Positions 9,770 to 19,630 of a stretch of 64,000 nt of DNA are shown here, piece by piece. Each line of letters starts with the position of its first letter. Position 1 is the first letter of the stretch. The stretch comes from an uncultured bacterium (GTDB lineage Bacteria; Desulfobacterota_D; UBA1144; Nemesobacterales; UBA2774), in contig CAWGRW010000009.1 in assembly GCA_963825135.1 (NCBI GenBank), positions 2,336,001 to 2,400,000 of the forward strand, written 5' to 3'. Made by a program: the position numbers and the translations under genes. The notes under the pieces are model-generated. The model was not told the origin of the DNA. It saw only the letters and a program-made list of their open reading frames with translations, and did no database searches.

Positions 9770-10018
9770 TTCCTTTTAAATGTGGTTATTTTGTGAAGCG
9801 GGCATAAATAGCGCCCTCCTGAATATCCACTAAATATACATCTTTAAAAGACTTTATGATAAATATTTTTCAAACGTGCGGCTTGTGTGCGATTCATCCG
9901 GCCGAATGCGGATTTTGTCGTATCTTTTCGGCCAGCGTGATATTAACTCAGTTTTTCCATTCGGGTGAAACCCCCGCCGTCAGGATTATTCCCGCACTCT
10001 CCGTTCAAAACGTATGGT

Positions 10019-12439
10019 TTATTCAGGGGACGAACCGCCTGGGACTGAGGTTCTCCAATGAGCGGTTCGTGAGGCGCGCATAGAATTTTTGTTTGATTCG
10101 AGGAAGGAATTAATTTTGTCTCTTAATATGTCGGAGATTTCTCTCAAATTAGTGAATCTTTCATACTCGCTTCCATCATATCGAGAAGATTCGGGATCTC
10201 GCACATCCTCCTTAGTCGAAGCTGTATGCCTGCCCTCTGATGGTATTCGTGTTTCGATCAGCTTGATTAGTTTCCCGGCCTTCTCACGGAACGCTTCGTA
10301 CCTCGCTTGATCCTTGATGTTTATGAGAGACCTGAGTTGAGGAAATATCGCATAAGATTCCAGGATAATCCTGTCATCATCGAGGCCCGCTTTCAACAAA
10401 TACCGTTTATTGTCTCCGAGCTTGGTAAAGTACACCGTGCGTCCCTGAAGGACAAAATACAGATTATCGACCCTGGCTTTGGAGAGCATACTAAACCCAC
10501 GCTCTTTATTACGCCCGTAATACCCAATCAGCTTTTCTGTTATCTGGTAACGGCTAAGGTCATAAATGAAGTAATCGGTATTATGATCGGGGCGATAAAA
10601 TACGGGATAGTCAGCGATTTCTTCTTTCAGTACAATGGAAATATCCCGAGCCCTATTGAGGCCCCCTCTATCGACGGGCTCTTTTTCTTCAGGAGTCTCC
10701 GGGCTTTCACCACTATCATTTAGATACACATATTCTCCGGGAGTGACACTTCCGCTCGTCGCGAGGTCGAAAAGATGGAGCAGTCTCGCCAGAATAGCGG
10801 GGTGTAGTCCGTCGCTCCCCAGCTCCGAGGATTTCAATAACAGGTCCTCAATTTCGAGCTTCGATTCGGATATCCTGTTTTCATGACGGGTCAAAATTTT
10901 ATTTTCCTCTATTCCGTTTAGCATGGACCGGAAGCACCTTCCAATCAGCCTCTCTCTCAATTGCAGTTCATAATGATTAATTGGGCGGGCCGCTATATTT
11001 TGCTCTATCGTGTCCAGGCGCCAATGGGCCTTATAGAAATGGTGTAACGCCTTGAGGGCAGGGCTGAAACGGTTAGTGAAAGTAATTCTGTCTCTATCAT
11101 AAACTACGAGCGGGCCGCCCGATTTTTTACCCCGGAACAAATCGCCCAGAATATTCCATTCCCCTGAGGTGTAAACAACGACGTGAACTCCTATTTTATC
11201 TTTTCCGAAAGGGGGCAGCGTATATCTCAGTTTTTTCTCCAGATTCTTGAGTAATCCATACACGCTTTCATTGTCTCTCTCCCTAACTACGATGACGAAA
11301 TCAATATCGCTCAGGCCCGGCGCTATGTCCCCGCCCGCCATACTGCCCGTCAGGAAGACCGAACGAATTTCAGGCGACATACGAAAAATCAAGGTCGCGG
11401 CTCTTGCGCACAGGGAGTACGCGGCTCTACCGGAGAATTTAAGCCCTTTTATGCTGCTGATTCTAAATAAAGATTCCTTTAGGTCCAATCTGAAATAATC
11501 CGCCTTCCGATCATATGTCGACTGTCTTTTTGATTCCGTGTAGAAGCTCCCGTAATAAGTAACGAGGAATAAGATTATGAAAGGGGACAGTGCCAGGTAC
11601 TCGAATCCGCGGCCGATATTATAAGATAGCTTTACCCAGCGGCAATATCTTTCGATTGTTGATGAAAAAACACTCATTAGAGGTTGTATTCCCGTTGTGA
11701 CCGGATATTGTGACTTCAACGCCCTGAAATGGCTTTTTCCGTATCTGACCCTCTGACCCAGATAACCGAAGAGCCCTTTATCTTCCCAGTGGTCAATATA
11801 TTTATTCATGAAGAAATAAACGGGCATGTTGCTCGAGGCCATCCTCATCCCGAATTCCCCGTCCTCGCCCGTGAGAAAGTCCTCATTGAAGTATCCAAGT
11901 GAATCGAATACCTCCTTCCTGAATACCGCTCCCCTGGAAGGCGGAAGATCGAGACTTTTAACCACATCGTTATCGAGCTCTCGTTTTTCGACTCTCTGAA
12001 GGAGAGTCATCTGGAGATAGAGTCTCTGCACGTACCTAAAAACACTCGGACCCGTCGGTCTGATGTTATGAGTAATAACCCAGGCGTCGGGATTTCTGTC
12101 GAGGAATTCCATAACGTCAAACAGATAATACTCAGGAAGCGTATAGTCGTCCGCAATAAATCCTATCAATTTTCCCCGCGACTTTCTTAAACCGAAGTTC
12201 CTGGTCGAGGCAACGCCTTCATTTTTCTTTTTGTAATATCTGATTCCGAGGGTTTCTTTAAACTGGTTGATTACGGGGAGATTATCCGTTTCAGACCCGT
12301 CATCGACTACGATGACCTCAAACAGTATTTCCCCCCTTTCCATTCTCAATATCGAGTCGAGACATCTCCTGAGACCTTCACTGCGGTTGAATGTCAGAAT
12401 AACGAGCGAAATATCTGCGATTGGCGGATCGTTTATCAT
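10019..12439 (-). CDS. GT2 glycosyltransferase fused to a Pol-beta-type nucleotidyltransferase domain
   Basis: N-terminal SLVILTFNR/VVDDGS/ADD/GED GT2 motifs; central FLTGSMAGGDIAPGLSDIDFVIV (GS..DxD). Confidence 0.8.
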   Translation of the reverse strand: MINDPPIADISLVILTFNRSEGLRRCLDSILRMERGEILFEVIVVDDGSETDNLPVINQFKETLGIRYYKKKNEGVASTRNFGLRKSRGKLIGFIADDYTLPEYYLFDVMEFLDRNPDAWVITHNIRPTGPSVFRYVQRLYLQMTLLQRVEKRELDNDVVKSLDLPPSRGAVFRKEVFDSLGYFNEDFLTGEDGEFGMRMASSNMPVYFFMNKYIDHWEDKGLFGYLGQRVRYGKSHFRALKSQYPVTTGIQPLMSVFSSTIERYCRWVKLSYNIGRGFEYLALSPFIILFLVTYYGSFYTESKRQSTYDRKADYFRLDLKESLFRISSIKGLKFSGRAAYSLCARAATLIFRMSPEIRSVFLTGSMAGGDIAPGLSDIDFVIVVRERDNESVYGLLKNLEKKLRYTLPPFGKDKIGVHVVVYTSGEWNILGDLFRGKKSGGPLVVYDRDRITFTNRFSPALKALHHFYKAHWRLDTIEQNIAARPINHYELQLRERLIGRCFRSMLNGIEENKILTRHENRISESKLEIEDLLLKSSELGSDGLHPAILARLLHLFDLATSGSVTPGEYVYLNDSGESPETPEEKEPVDRGGLNRARDISIVLKEEIADYPVFYRPDHNTDYFIYDLSRYQITEKLIGYYGRNKERGFSMLSKARVDNLYFVLQGRTVYFTKLGDNKRYLLKAGLDDDRIILESYAIFPQLRSLINIKDQARYEAFREKAGKLIKLIETRIPSEGRHTASTKEDVRDPESSRYDGSEYERFTNLREISDILRDKINSFLESNKNSMRASRTAHWRTSVPGGSSPE

Positions 12440-12442
12440 TTT

Positions 12443-13441
12443 TCATTTCTTCAGATTAGAGATAAATTCTTTGAATACACTGAAGTTTTTCTCCGTATCC
12501 CTCGATAAGAATATTTGGTAACAATCCGTCTTCTTAACGAATCTTATAGCGGACACGGTTCTCCTGAAAAAGACCGGGACCAATGTAATAATTTCTTTTA
12601 GCGGGTTGTTAAAGACGAATTCCATACCCTGGTAAAGCCCGAAACCGATTATTGCCGATCCTATAAGACTGATAAAAGCCCCGTATCCGGAAATTTGCTC
12701 GACGTACGGGTCTCCGTTTATCAGCCTACGGGCAACGAAATAAATCTTCTTATCGAGTTCCCTCTTCTCCAATCTATTATTCCAATATTCCATATCGACG
12801 AAGAATTTCCGTCCGAACTCCATCCGATCGAGCTCGTAAACATATTCGTCCGGTATGTATTTAACTTTGTTCTCGTCCAGGGTTCCGATTCGCAGGGGAA
12901 AAGGCAGCACGCGGCCCGAACTGTTCACGAGCGCCTCATCATCGGAGATGATATTAAAGTTATCGCTCTCAAGCAGGGCGAAGGCCATTGTCGATTTTCC
13001 TCCGCCGGCATCTGCCGCGAATAGTACTGCGGTGTCTCCGAATGAGAATGCCAGGGCATGTATTCTGAATATTCGGTTCTTATCGCAAAATTGCCCGAAT
13101 ATGAACAATACCAACAAGTAGAACGCCTCCTGGAGAAAGTTCGGGTCTGTGCCGTAGATCGTGAATTTCCGTTCCCCGCTCTCTTCCACGACTACCCCTT
13201 TGCCGAAATAATCGATTATTTTTATGCCAACCCCCTTAAATACTATGTTGCGGGGGGTCGAGAAGCTCGCCTTCAGCCTGGGGAAACTATCATAAGGAGG
13301 TTCAGTCGTTTGAACGAATATCTCGACTACGGGGAGACCAGAGTTCGTAATGAAGTACTTGAACGGCCTCTGCAGCCGCGTTAGAAGCTCGTCCGACTGG
13401 CAATGAGTTTGTACGATTAGTCCGTGTATGTCTATGAACAT
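12443..13441 (-). CDS. HprK-related P-loop kinase
   Basis: RIHALA...AVLFAADAGGGKST...ISDD, the HPr-kinase C-domain pattern. Confidence 0.7.
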   Translation of the reverse strand: MFIDIHGLIVQTHCQSDELLTRLQRPFKYFITNSGLPVVEIFVQTTEPPYDSFPRLKASFSTPRNIVFKGVGIKIIDYFGKGVVVEESGERKFTIYGTDPNFLQEAFYLLVLFIFGQFCDKNRIFRIHALAFSFGDTAVLFAADAGGGKSTMAFALLESDNFNIISDDEALVNSSGRVLPFPLRIGTLDENKVKYIPDEYVYELDRMEFGRKFFVDMEYWNNRLEKRELDKKIYFVARRLINGDPYVEQISGYGAFISLIGSAIIGFGLYQGMEFVFNNPLKEIITLVPVFFRRTVSAIRFVKKTDCYQIFLSRDTEKNFSVFKEFISNLKK

Positions 13442-13832
13442 GGTTACGTAAAATGCAGAAATTCACGTACTGCGTGTGCGAGTAAAGTGATATTTATTAT
13501 CCGGGTGAACCGCTTTTTGATTGTATCATAAGGGCTATTGATTACAATTTAATCATTAACCCGCGAGCATCGCTATGAGCAGTTTTCATCGGCATTTGAG
13601 CAAAATGGTCCGGCATTCCCTCCGGCCGTCGGGTTCAATCGGTTCCTTCCTGTCTCCAAAATCCGGGGCGCATCCGGAGTCCGTTTATAAGATCTATGAC
13701 AATTCGCCCAGGCTCGAGTTGATACCCTGAATATCCTCGTTCGGTCCAATCAATCTTGTGTTGTCTTCCAACATATGATAATTTGTTTTCAGGGGAGAGG
13801 GATCCTTTCAATCTATTACTTAGAGAGACTTC

Positions 13833-14447
13833 ATGGGAATAACGGTCAAGGGCATGACGGTACCGGCCTTATTGGTCAAACTGGATGAAAATTTGTCGGT
13901 GGAAGAGAATATTTCACAAATAAAAGAGAAACTCTCCAGCGATTTCTTTAAGGGTTCTCTTGCTGTCATCGATTACGAAGGCACGAAAATTTCCGAAGAT
14001 AATTTGAAGAAAATAGAGGAAGCGGTAAGGAACTCGAGCACAAAATTCGTCGGGTATAAGCCGTCCCTTAAGCTCGAAAAGCCCTCTAAGACAGCGGTTT
14101 CCGAACCGAAACAGGACATCAGAACCCTCAAGCTGATAAACAAGAATATGAGAAGCGGGCAGAATGTGGAGCACGAAGGGGACGTCCTCGTTATAGGGGA
14201 TGTAAACCCGGGTTCCTATATTACGGCTTCGGGAAATATCGTAGTCATGGGCACATTGAGAGGGATAGTCCATGCGGGGGCAGGGGGGGATGACGGCGCA
14301 ATTGTGATTGCGTTAAAGCTCAGGCCCCAGCAGCTGAGGATAGCAAGATGGATAACGAGATCCCCGGACGTATCGGACGATCCGGAGTACCCGGAGAAGG
14401 CCTATGTCAAAAACAACCAGATTTTCATTGAAAAAATTCGAAGCTAA
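13833..14447 (+). CDS. minC: Septum site-determining protein MinC
   Basis: RSGQ..GDVNPG..ASGNIVVMGTLRG..HAGA..PQQLRIA; lies upstream of minD. Confidence 0.95.
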   Translation: MGITVKGMTVPALLVKLDENLSVEENISQIKEKLSSDFFKGSLAVIDYEGTKISEDNLKKIEEAVRNSSTKFVGYKPSLKLEKPSKTAVSEPKQDIRTLKLINKNMRSGQNVEHEGDVLVIGDVNPGSYITASGNIVVMGTLRGIVHAGAGGDDGAIVIALKLRPQQLRIARWITRSPDVSDDPEYPEKAYVKNNQIFIEKIRS

Positions 14448-14458
14448 GGGGTATCAAT

Positions 14459-15241
14459 ATGGCTAAAGTTATTGTCATAACATCCGGTAAGGGAGGGGTC
14501 GGTAAAACTACCGTGACAGCCAACCTCGCGGCCGCGCTGGCATCGCTGGGGAACAAGGTGCTGACTATAGACGCGGATATCGGTCTTAGGAATCTCGATA
14601 TGATTCTCGGCCTCGAGAACAGGATCGTTTACGACATCGTGGACGTCGTTGAAGGGGTGATACCGCCTGAAAAGGCTTTCGTAAAGGACAAGAGGAGCGA
14701 ATCCCTGTATCTCCTGCCCGCGGCCCAGACCAAGAACAAGGAAGCGGTAAGCGGCGAGCAGCTCACCGCGATCGTCGAGAGGGTAAGATTCAATTTCGAT
14801 TATATATTCATAGACTCGCCCGCCGGTATAGAAGGGGGGTTCCGGACCGCCGCCGCCCCGGCTGAAGAGGCTCTCATCGTAGTGAATCCGGAAGTTTCTT
14901 CCGTCAGGGACGCTGACCGTGTTATCGGGCTCCTCGAGTCTATGGGCAAGGATAAGCTCAGCCTGATCGTGAACAGGATTAGGTCCCACCAGGTAAAGAA
15001 GGGGGAGATGCTTTCAGTCGAAGACATAGAAGACGTGCTGAGGATAAAAAAGATCGGGGTGATACCGGATGAGGAGAAGATGGTCGATTACACCAACAAA
15101 GGAGAGCCCATAGTGCTTTCTAACAACACCAGCGCCGGTGAGGCGTTGATGAACATAGCGAAGAGGCTCATGGGCGAGGAAATAGCGTTTAATGAACTCG
15201 CAGACAAAAAAGGATTTTTCAGCAGATTGCTAGGGGGATGA
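14459..15241 (+). CDS. minD: Septum site-determining ATPase MinD
   Basis: SGKGGVGKTT, DADIGLRNLD and C-terminal KKGFFSRLLG membrane-targeting helix. Confidence 0.97.
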   Translation: MAKVIVITSGKGGVGKTTVTANLAAALASLGNKVLTIDADIGLRNLDMILGLENRIVYDIVDVVEGVIPPEKAFVKDKRSESLYLLPAAQTKNKEAVSGEQLTAIVERVRFNFDYIFIDSPAGIEGGFRTAAAPAEEALIVVNPEVSSVRDADRVIGLLESMGKDKLSLIVNRIRSHQVKKGEMLSVEDIEDVLRIKKIGVIPDEEKMVDYTNKGEPIVLSNNTSAGEALMNIAKRLMGEEIAFNELADKKGFFSRLLGG

Positions 15242-15244
15242 TCA

Positions 15245-15496
15245 ATGTCGTTATTCGGATTTTTTAGACGGAAAAAATCGGCGAACGTTGCCAAAGAAAG
15301 GCTCAGGATGGTACTGTCCTACGAAAGGAAGGACCTGCCTCCGAATTTTACGGAAAAGATTCAGAGCGACCTAATTAGCCTGTTCCAAAAATACCCTCAA
15401 CTGAACGTGAATAATATTGAGATTAACGTGAAGGAAGCAAACCAGAGGGATGAGCTGTATATTTCGATACCATTTGTGGACCGCAGTCATCACTGA
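15245..15496 (+). CDS. minE: Cell division topological specificity factor MinE
   Basis: SANVAKERLRMVLSYER; follows minD. Confidence 0.93.
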   Translation: MSLFGFFRRKKSANVAKERLRMVLSYERKDLPPNFTEKIQSDLISLFQKYPQLNVNNIEINVKEANQRDELYISIPFVDRSHH

Positions 15497-15542
15497 CCGC
15501 TTCGAGGTCCCCGGTATTGCGCCCTGACACCTGATATATCAC

Positions 15543-15598
15543 TACAATCCGTTGTCTTCGGGTGCGTCCCAAAAGGATTCGCATGAAGACTGATTGTA
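15543..15598. terminator. Long imperfect hairpin between convergent genes
   Basis: Nested arms TACAATC/GATTGTA, GTCTTC/GAAGAC, TCC/GGA; no clear U-tract. Confidence 0.4.
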
Positions 15599-15616
15599 AG
15601 GATGGTAAACAACCCC

Positions 15617-15943
15617 TTAATAGACGCAGGACCTGGCCAGGGACTGACCTGCCGTGACGTATATGTGGACGCAGAAGGGCTGCATCAACGCTCCCCTCGC
15701 TCTATCCTCTATCGTATCGGCGAGCTCCTGAGCCCTCGATTTCTGGCTTGAGGAGACCTGCACCCACATCGATACGGGGGATTCCCAATCTACGGTCTTG
15801 AACGTTTTAAGCTGGGATATAATATGTGTGAAATGATTCTGTGATGCGGTCAGAGGGAAGTATTGGCTGAGAGCGTGGCTGTTCGAAGTGAAGGCGGAGA
15901 AAAACATAGCCGCAGAAAACGTAAGGGACAAAATGTATTTCAT
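15617..15943 (-). CDS. Small secreted hypothetical protein
   Basis: Signal peptide (..SHA|L), AGGAG RBS, C-terminal Cys pair. Confidence 0.7.
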   Translation of the reverse strand: MKYILSLTFSAAMFFSAFTSNSHALSQYFPLTASQNHFTHIISQLKTFKTVDWESPVSMWVQVSSSQKSRAQELADTIEDRARGALMQPFCVHIYVTAGQSLARSCVY

Positions 15944-16067
15944 TCTTATCTCCTTTAATATGATTATTAGACTAACACCTGTTATTTATACCACGAAATC
16001 ATGCTTATTGTCCAGTCCCGCGTTGCTCTTATTACTAAAATATAATCTTTTGGTTTAGGTAATTACG

Positions 16068-16829
16068 TCATCTGGCTATCCATCCGCCGTCAACGGAAAG
16101 CATGGTCCCGGTCATGAATCCCACATTGTCTTCGCAAAGGAACAGCACGGAATGGGCTATTTCTTCAGGAGTGCCGAACCGCCCCACCGGGTGGAATGAT
16201 TTAAACAGCTTTTCCGCCTCCGCTCTATCCGGCATTTGATCGAGAAGACCGTCCACCATGGGCGTATCGATTGTACCCGGGCATATAGCGTTAACCCGTA
16301 TCCCCTTGTCCGCATACTCGAGGGCCATGCTGCGCGTAAGCTGGGTCACGGCGCCTTTACTCGCATTATACGCGGCGACACCCGGCACCGCCTTCAGCCC
16401 GAGCACCGACGAGTTGTTTACTATGCATCCGTAACCTTCTTTTATCATGTGCGGGAGAGTATGCTTCGACATCATATACGTCCCCTTTGCATTGATGTTG
16501 AATGTCTTGTCCCATATCTCCGTGTCGGTATTGTGTGTAAATCCCGTGTACAGGACCCCTGCGTTATTGAAGAGTATATCGATCTTTCCGTACTTCTTTA
16601 TCGCATAATCGACCGCTTTCTTGCAGTCCTCTTCCCTGGATACGTCGCTTACGAGGTGCTCGAGGGTGAGCCCTTTCTTCTTCGCTTCCTCCACGGTTCC
16701 CTTCAGGGTCTTCTCGGTCCTGCCCGTGATAATCACCTTTGCGCCTTCCTCCGCGAACAGGAACGCAGTCGCCTTTCCGAGTCCCAGGCTCCCTCCCGTT
16801 ATGAGGGCCACTTTGTTTTCGAGCTTCAT
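16068..16829 (-). CDS. SDR-family NAD(P)-dependent oxidoreductase
   Basis: TGGSLGLG, NNAG, YNASK; start set to MKLENK, which has an AGGAG RBS. Confidence 0.93.
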   Translation of the reverse strand: MKLENKVALITGGSLGLGKATAFLFAEEGAKVIITGRTEKTLKGTVEEAKKKGLTLEHLVSDVSREEDCKKAVDYAIKKYGKIDILFNNAGVLYTGFTHNTDTEIWDKTFNINAKGTYMMSKHTLPHMIKEGYGCIVNNSSVLGLKAVPGVAAYNASKGAVTQLTRSMALEYADKGIRVNAICPGTIDTPMVDGLLDQMPDRAEAEKLFKSFHPVGRFGTPEEIAHSVLFLCEDNVGFMTGTMLSVDGGWIAR

Positions 16830-17015
16830 GTTGATCCGGTCTCCTTTTTTTACGGATGAGTATAAAGGAATCACTTTTTTTATTCAAGAAAGCATATCGT
16901 TATGTTATTATCTCATTGAGCTAAACTTAGGGAATATTGTTATGTAAGTGGTCAGAACCCTTATAATCCGGGTACCAGGACCGCATGTTAACGAAAATTC
17001 ATCCGGAGGTCTCTT

Positions 17016-17438
17016 ATGAGCAATAAGGCCGAGCGCGGGGATGCCGTTACCTTGAATTATGAGGGTAAAATCGAGGACGGGTCGACGTTTCACACCTTTG
17101 AACAGGATCCCATTATGGTTGAGCTCGGCTCGGGAACCCTCGTAAAGGGTCTCGAAGCAGAGCTTATAGGCATGGCGGAGGGGGAAGAAAAGGTGTTCAG
17201 AGTTATGCCCGAGGACGGTTACGGTGCTGAAAAACCCGAGCTCTATCAGACTATAGATTCGGACTTGTTCGCGGAGACGGATATAACCCCCGGTATAGGA
17301 ATGGTGCTTAAAACCCCTCATGGGAACTGTCACATTACAAAAATAGAAGACGGAAGGGTGGAAATAAGCTACAACCACCCTCTTGCCGGAAAGGTGCTCG
17401 ATTACAGGGTTAAGGTCCTGAGGGTCGCGAAAAAATAA
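17016..17438 (+). CDS. FKBP-type peptidyl-prolyl isomerase (SlyD-like, no His tail)
   Basis: GLEAELIGM.EGE, PEDGYG, NHPLAGK. Confidence 0.9.
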   Translation: MSNKAERGDAVTLNYEGKIEDGSTFHTFEQDPIMVELGSGTLVKGLEAELIGMAEGEEKVFRVMPEDGYGAEKPELYQTIDSDLFAETDITPGIGMVLKTPHGNCHITKIEDGRVEISYNHPLAGKVLDYRVKVLRVAKK

Positions 17439-17537
17439 GTGCGCTTAACCTACTGTAATTACACAGGTATGTCGCAGATAAATACCGCTTGATAATAACC
17501 GTGACGGTTCTTATACTATTAATTGGAGGTCTGCGCA

Positions 17538-18119
17538 ATGGACACAATGCTGAGCATATTCGTGGGGGTGGGGCTTAGCGCGGCTTGCGGTTTCAGGGTA
17601 TTCGTCCCGCTTCTCGTCATGAGCGTCGCGTCGCTCACGGGGCAAATGACGCTCTCTCCGGAGTTCGAGTGGATAGGCACGTATCCGGCTCTTGCGGCTT
17701 TCACGATTGCCACTATATTCGAAATCGGCGCTTACTACATTCCGTGGGTTGATAACCTGCTTGATACCGTAGCCATACCCGCGGCTACAGTGGCCGGTAC
17801 GATAGTAATGGCATCGGCGGTATCCGAGATGAGCCCTTTCCTAAAGTGGGCGCTCGCCGTAATAGTCGGAGGCGGCGTGGCGGGCACTGTTCAGGGTTTC
17901 ACGACGATAACGCGCATAGCGTCAACGGCTGCGACGGGGGGGTTGGGTAATCCCGTTGTCTCGACCGTGGAAGCCGGAGGGTCGCTCATCATGTCCGTGC
18001 TTGCGATAGCGGTCCCGGTGCTCGCCGCCATAGGCGCAGCCGCCATTATATTCATTGCGTGGAGAAAGATCTACTCGTGGCTCGCGGACAAAAACAAGCT
18101 CGAGCCCCGTCACGAGTGA
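17538..18119 (+). CDS. DUF4126-like membrane protein
   Basis: GLSAACGFRVFVPLL and EIGAYYIPWVDNLLD; GGAGG RBS. Confidence 0.8.
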   Translation: MDTMLSIFVGVGLSAACGFRVFVPLLVMSVASLTGQMTLSPEFEWIGTYPALAAFTIATIFEIGAYYIPWVDNLLDTVAIPAATVAGTIVMASAVSEMSPFLKWALAVIVGGGVAGTVQGFTTITRIASTAATGGLGNPVVSTVEAGGSLIMSVLAIAVPVLAAIGAAAIIFIAWRKIYSWLADKNKLEPRHE

Positions 18120-18138
18120 CACCGTTTCGTTTCCGAGT

Positions 18139-19560
18139 TCAAAAATGACCTTCAAACAGGGACTCCAGCAGCCTTTCTGAAGCCCTCTCGCCGGAATAGA
18201 TGCAGTCCGGGATACCGACGCCTCCGAATGCGTTTCCGGCTACCTCAAGCCCCCTGAGCTTCTTTATCTCTCCCTCAATCCTCCCGGCTAGCTCCATGTG
18301 CCCGACGTGATACTGGGGCATTGCCTCCGGGTATCTCCTGATATGGGTAAAGACCGGTTTTGATTTGATACCGAGAATGGGGCTCAGCTCTTTTTCGACT
18401 GTGTCTATAATGCTGCCGTCGCCCATCATATACCTATCCGGATCGACGGCGCCCCCGATGAAAGCGCGTATTATCGTGTATCCCGCGGGGGCCCTTCCCG
18501 AGAATTTTTCGCTGCTGAACGAGCAGGCGATAATGCTGCTCTTTTCTATAATCGGTACGACGAACCCGAAGCCGTCAGGCATATTCCCCATTTCGTCCCT
18601 TCTGTACGCGGATATAATCACAGCCGAAGAAGCGTATTCAATCTGCGAAAGCAGGTTCGAGCACTGTCCGGCCGAATTTTCCAGGAGCCGGGCCGTGACG
18701 TAAGAGGGCGTCGTAACTATGACTCCTGAGGCATTGATCGGCCCGTCGTCGGTTATTACTTCCCAGCCTTCGGGACCCTCTTTGATCTCTCGTACCGTTA
18801 CGCCGGTTCTTATCTCTTCTTCGCGGAGCGCATTCGTAAGGGCTTGTACGAGGGTGTTCATGCCCCTCTTGAATGAGACGAACATGCTGTACCTGGCGCC
18901 GCTGTCAGCCGCAATTCTTTTATCCCTGTTCCTGTAAGCGTGATACATCCCTTTTAGTACACTTCCGTATCTTTCTTCCATCTCGAGGAACTGAGGCATC
19001 GTCGACCTCAGGCTGAGCTTCCGGGGGTCAGCCGTATAGATTCCGCTTATCATGGGCTGAGCCGCGCGCTCGAGCGCCTCGGCGCCGAGACGCCTCCTGA
19101 CGAACGACGAAAGACTCTCGTCTTCGTGTGTTTCCTTAGGAATTACGAGGTCCATGAGGATCCTGATTTTTCCCCTCCATGAGAAGAGCGGGGTTTTTAA
19201 AAAGGGAATTATTCTCGTCGGGGCGAGCATTATGAATCCGTCAGGGAGCGGGACCAGTTTTCCGTCCCTCAGGATAAAGGTGCGTCTCTTGTCCTCACTG
19301 GTCTCGATGAGCTCCCCTTCGAGGCCTAGCCTGCTGCAGAGGTTAAGGCCCCACGGTTTCGTGGTTATGAAAGAGTCGGGCCCTTCTTCTATAATGAAAC
19401 CGTCTTTCTCGACCGTCGAGATCACTCCCCCGAGCCTGTCCGATTTTTCGAGAAGAACGACTTCCAGGTCTAGTTTCTTGTCCCGGCCGAGCTCGTGAAT
19501 GCGGTGCGCGGCGCTTAACCCCGATATACCGCCCCCGATGACGACCACCCGTTTAGGCAT
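18139..19560 (-). CDS. hemY: HemY-type protoporphyrinogen/coproporphyrinogen oxidase
   Basis: GGGISGL, EEGPDSF, GIYTADP, AMPQY.VGH, GVGIPDCI. Confidence 0.93.
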   Translation of the reverse strand: MPKRVVVIGGGISGLSAAHRIHELGRDKKLDLEVVLLEKSDRLGGVISTVEKDGFIIEEGPDSFITTKPWGLNLCSRLGLEGELIETSEDKRRTFILRDGKLVPLPDGFIMLAPTRIIPFLKTPLFSWRGKIRILMDLVIPKETHEDESLSSFVRRRLGAEALERAAQPMISGIYTADPRKLSLRSTMPQFLEMEERYGSVLKGMYHAYRNRDKRIAADSGARYSMFVSFKRGMNTLVQALTNALREEEIRTGVTVREIKEGPEGWEVITDDGPINASGVIVTTPSYVTARLLENSAGQCSNLLSQIEYASSAVIISAYRRDEMGNMPDGFGFVVPIIEKSSIIACSFSSEKFSGRAPAGYTIIRAFIGGAVDPDRYMMGDGSIIDTVEKELSPILGIKSKPVFTHIRRYPEAMPQYHVGHMELAGRIEGEIKKLRGLEVAGNAFGGVGIPDCIYSGERASERLLESLFEGHF

Positions 19561-19630
19561 ACGATTATTTAACCATGCAAAGGGTTTTAATGACAGTGTT
19601 TATGAAATTTAAGAATCCGTGATCGCCGAC

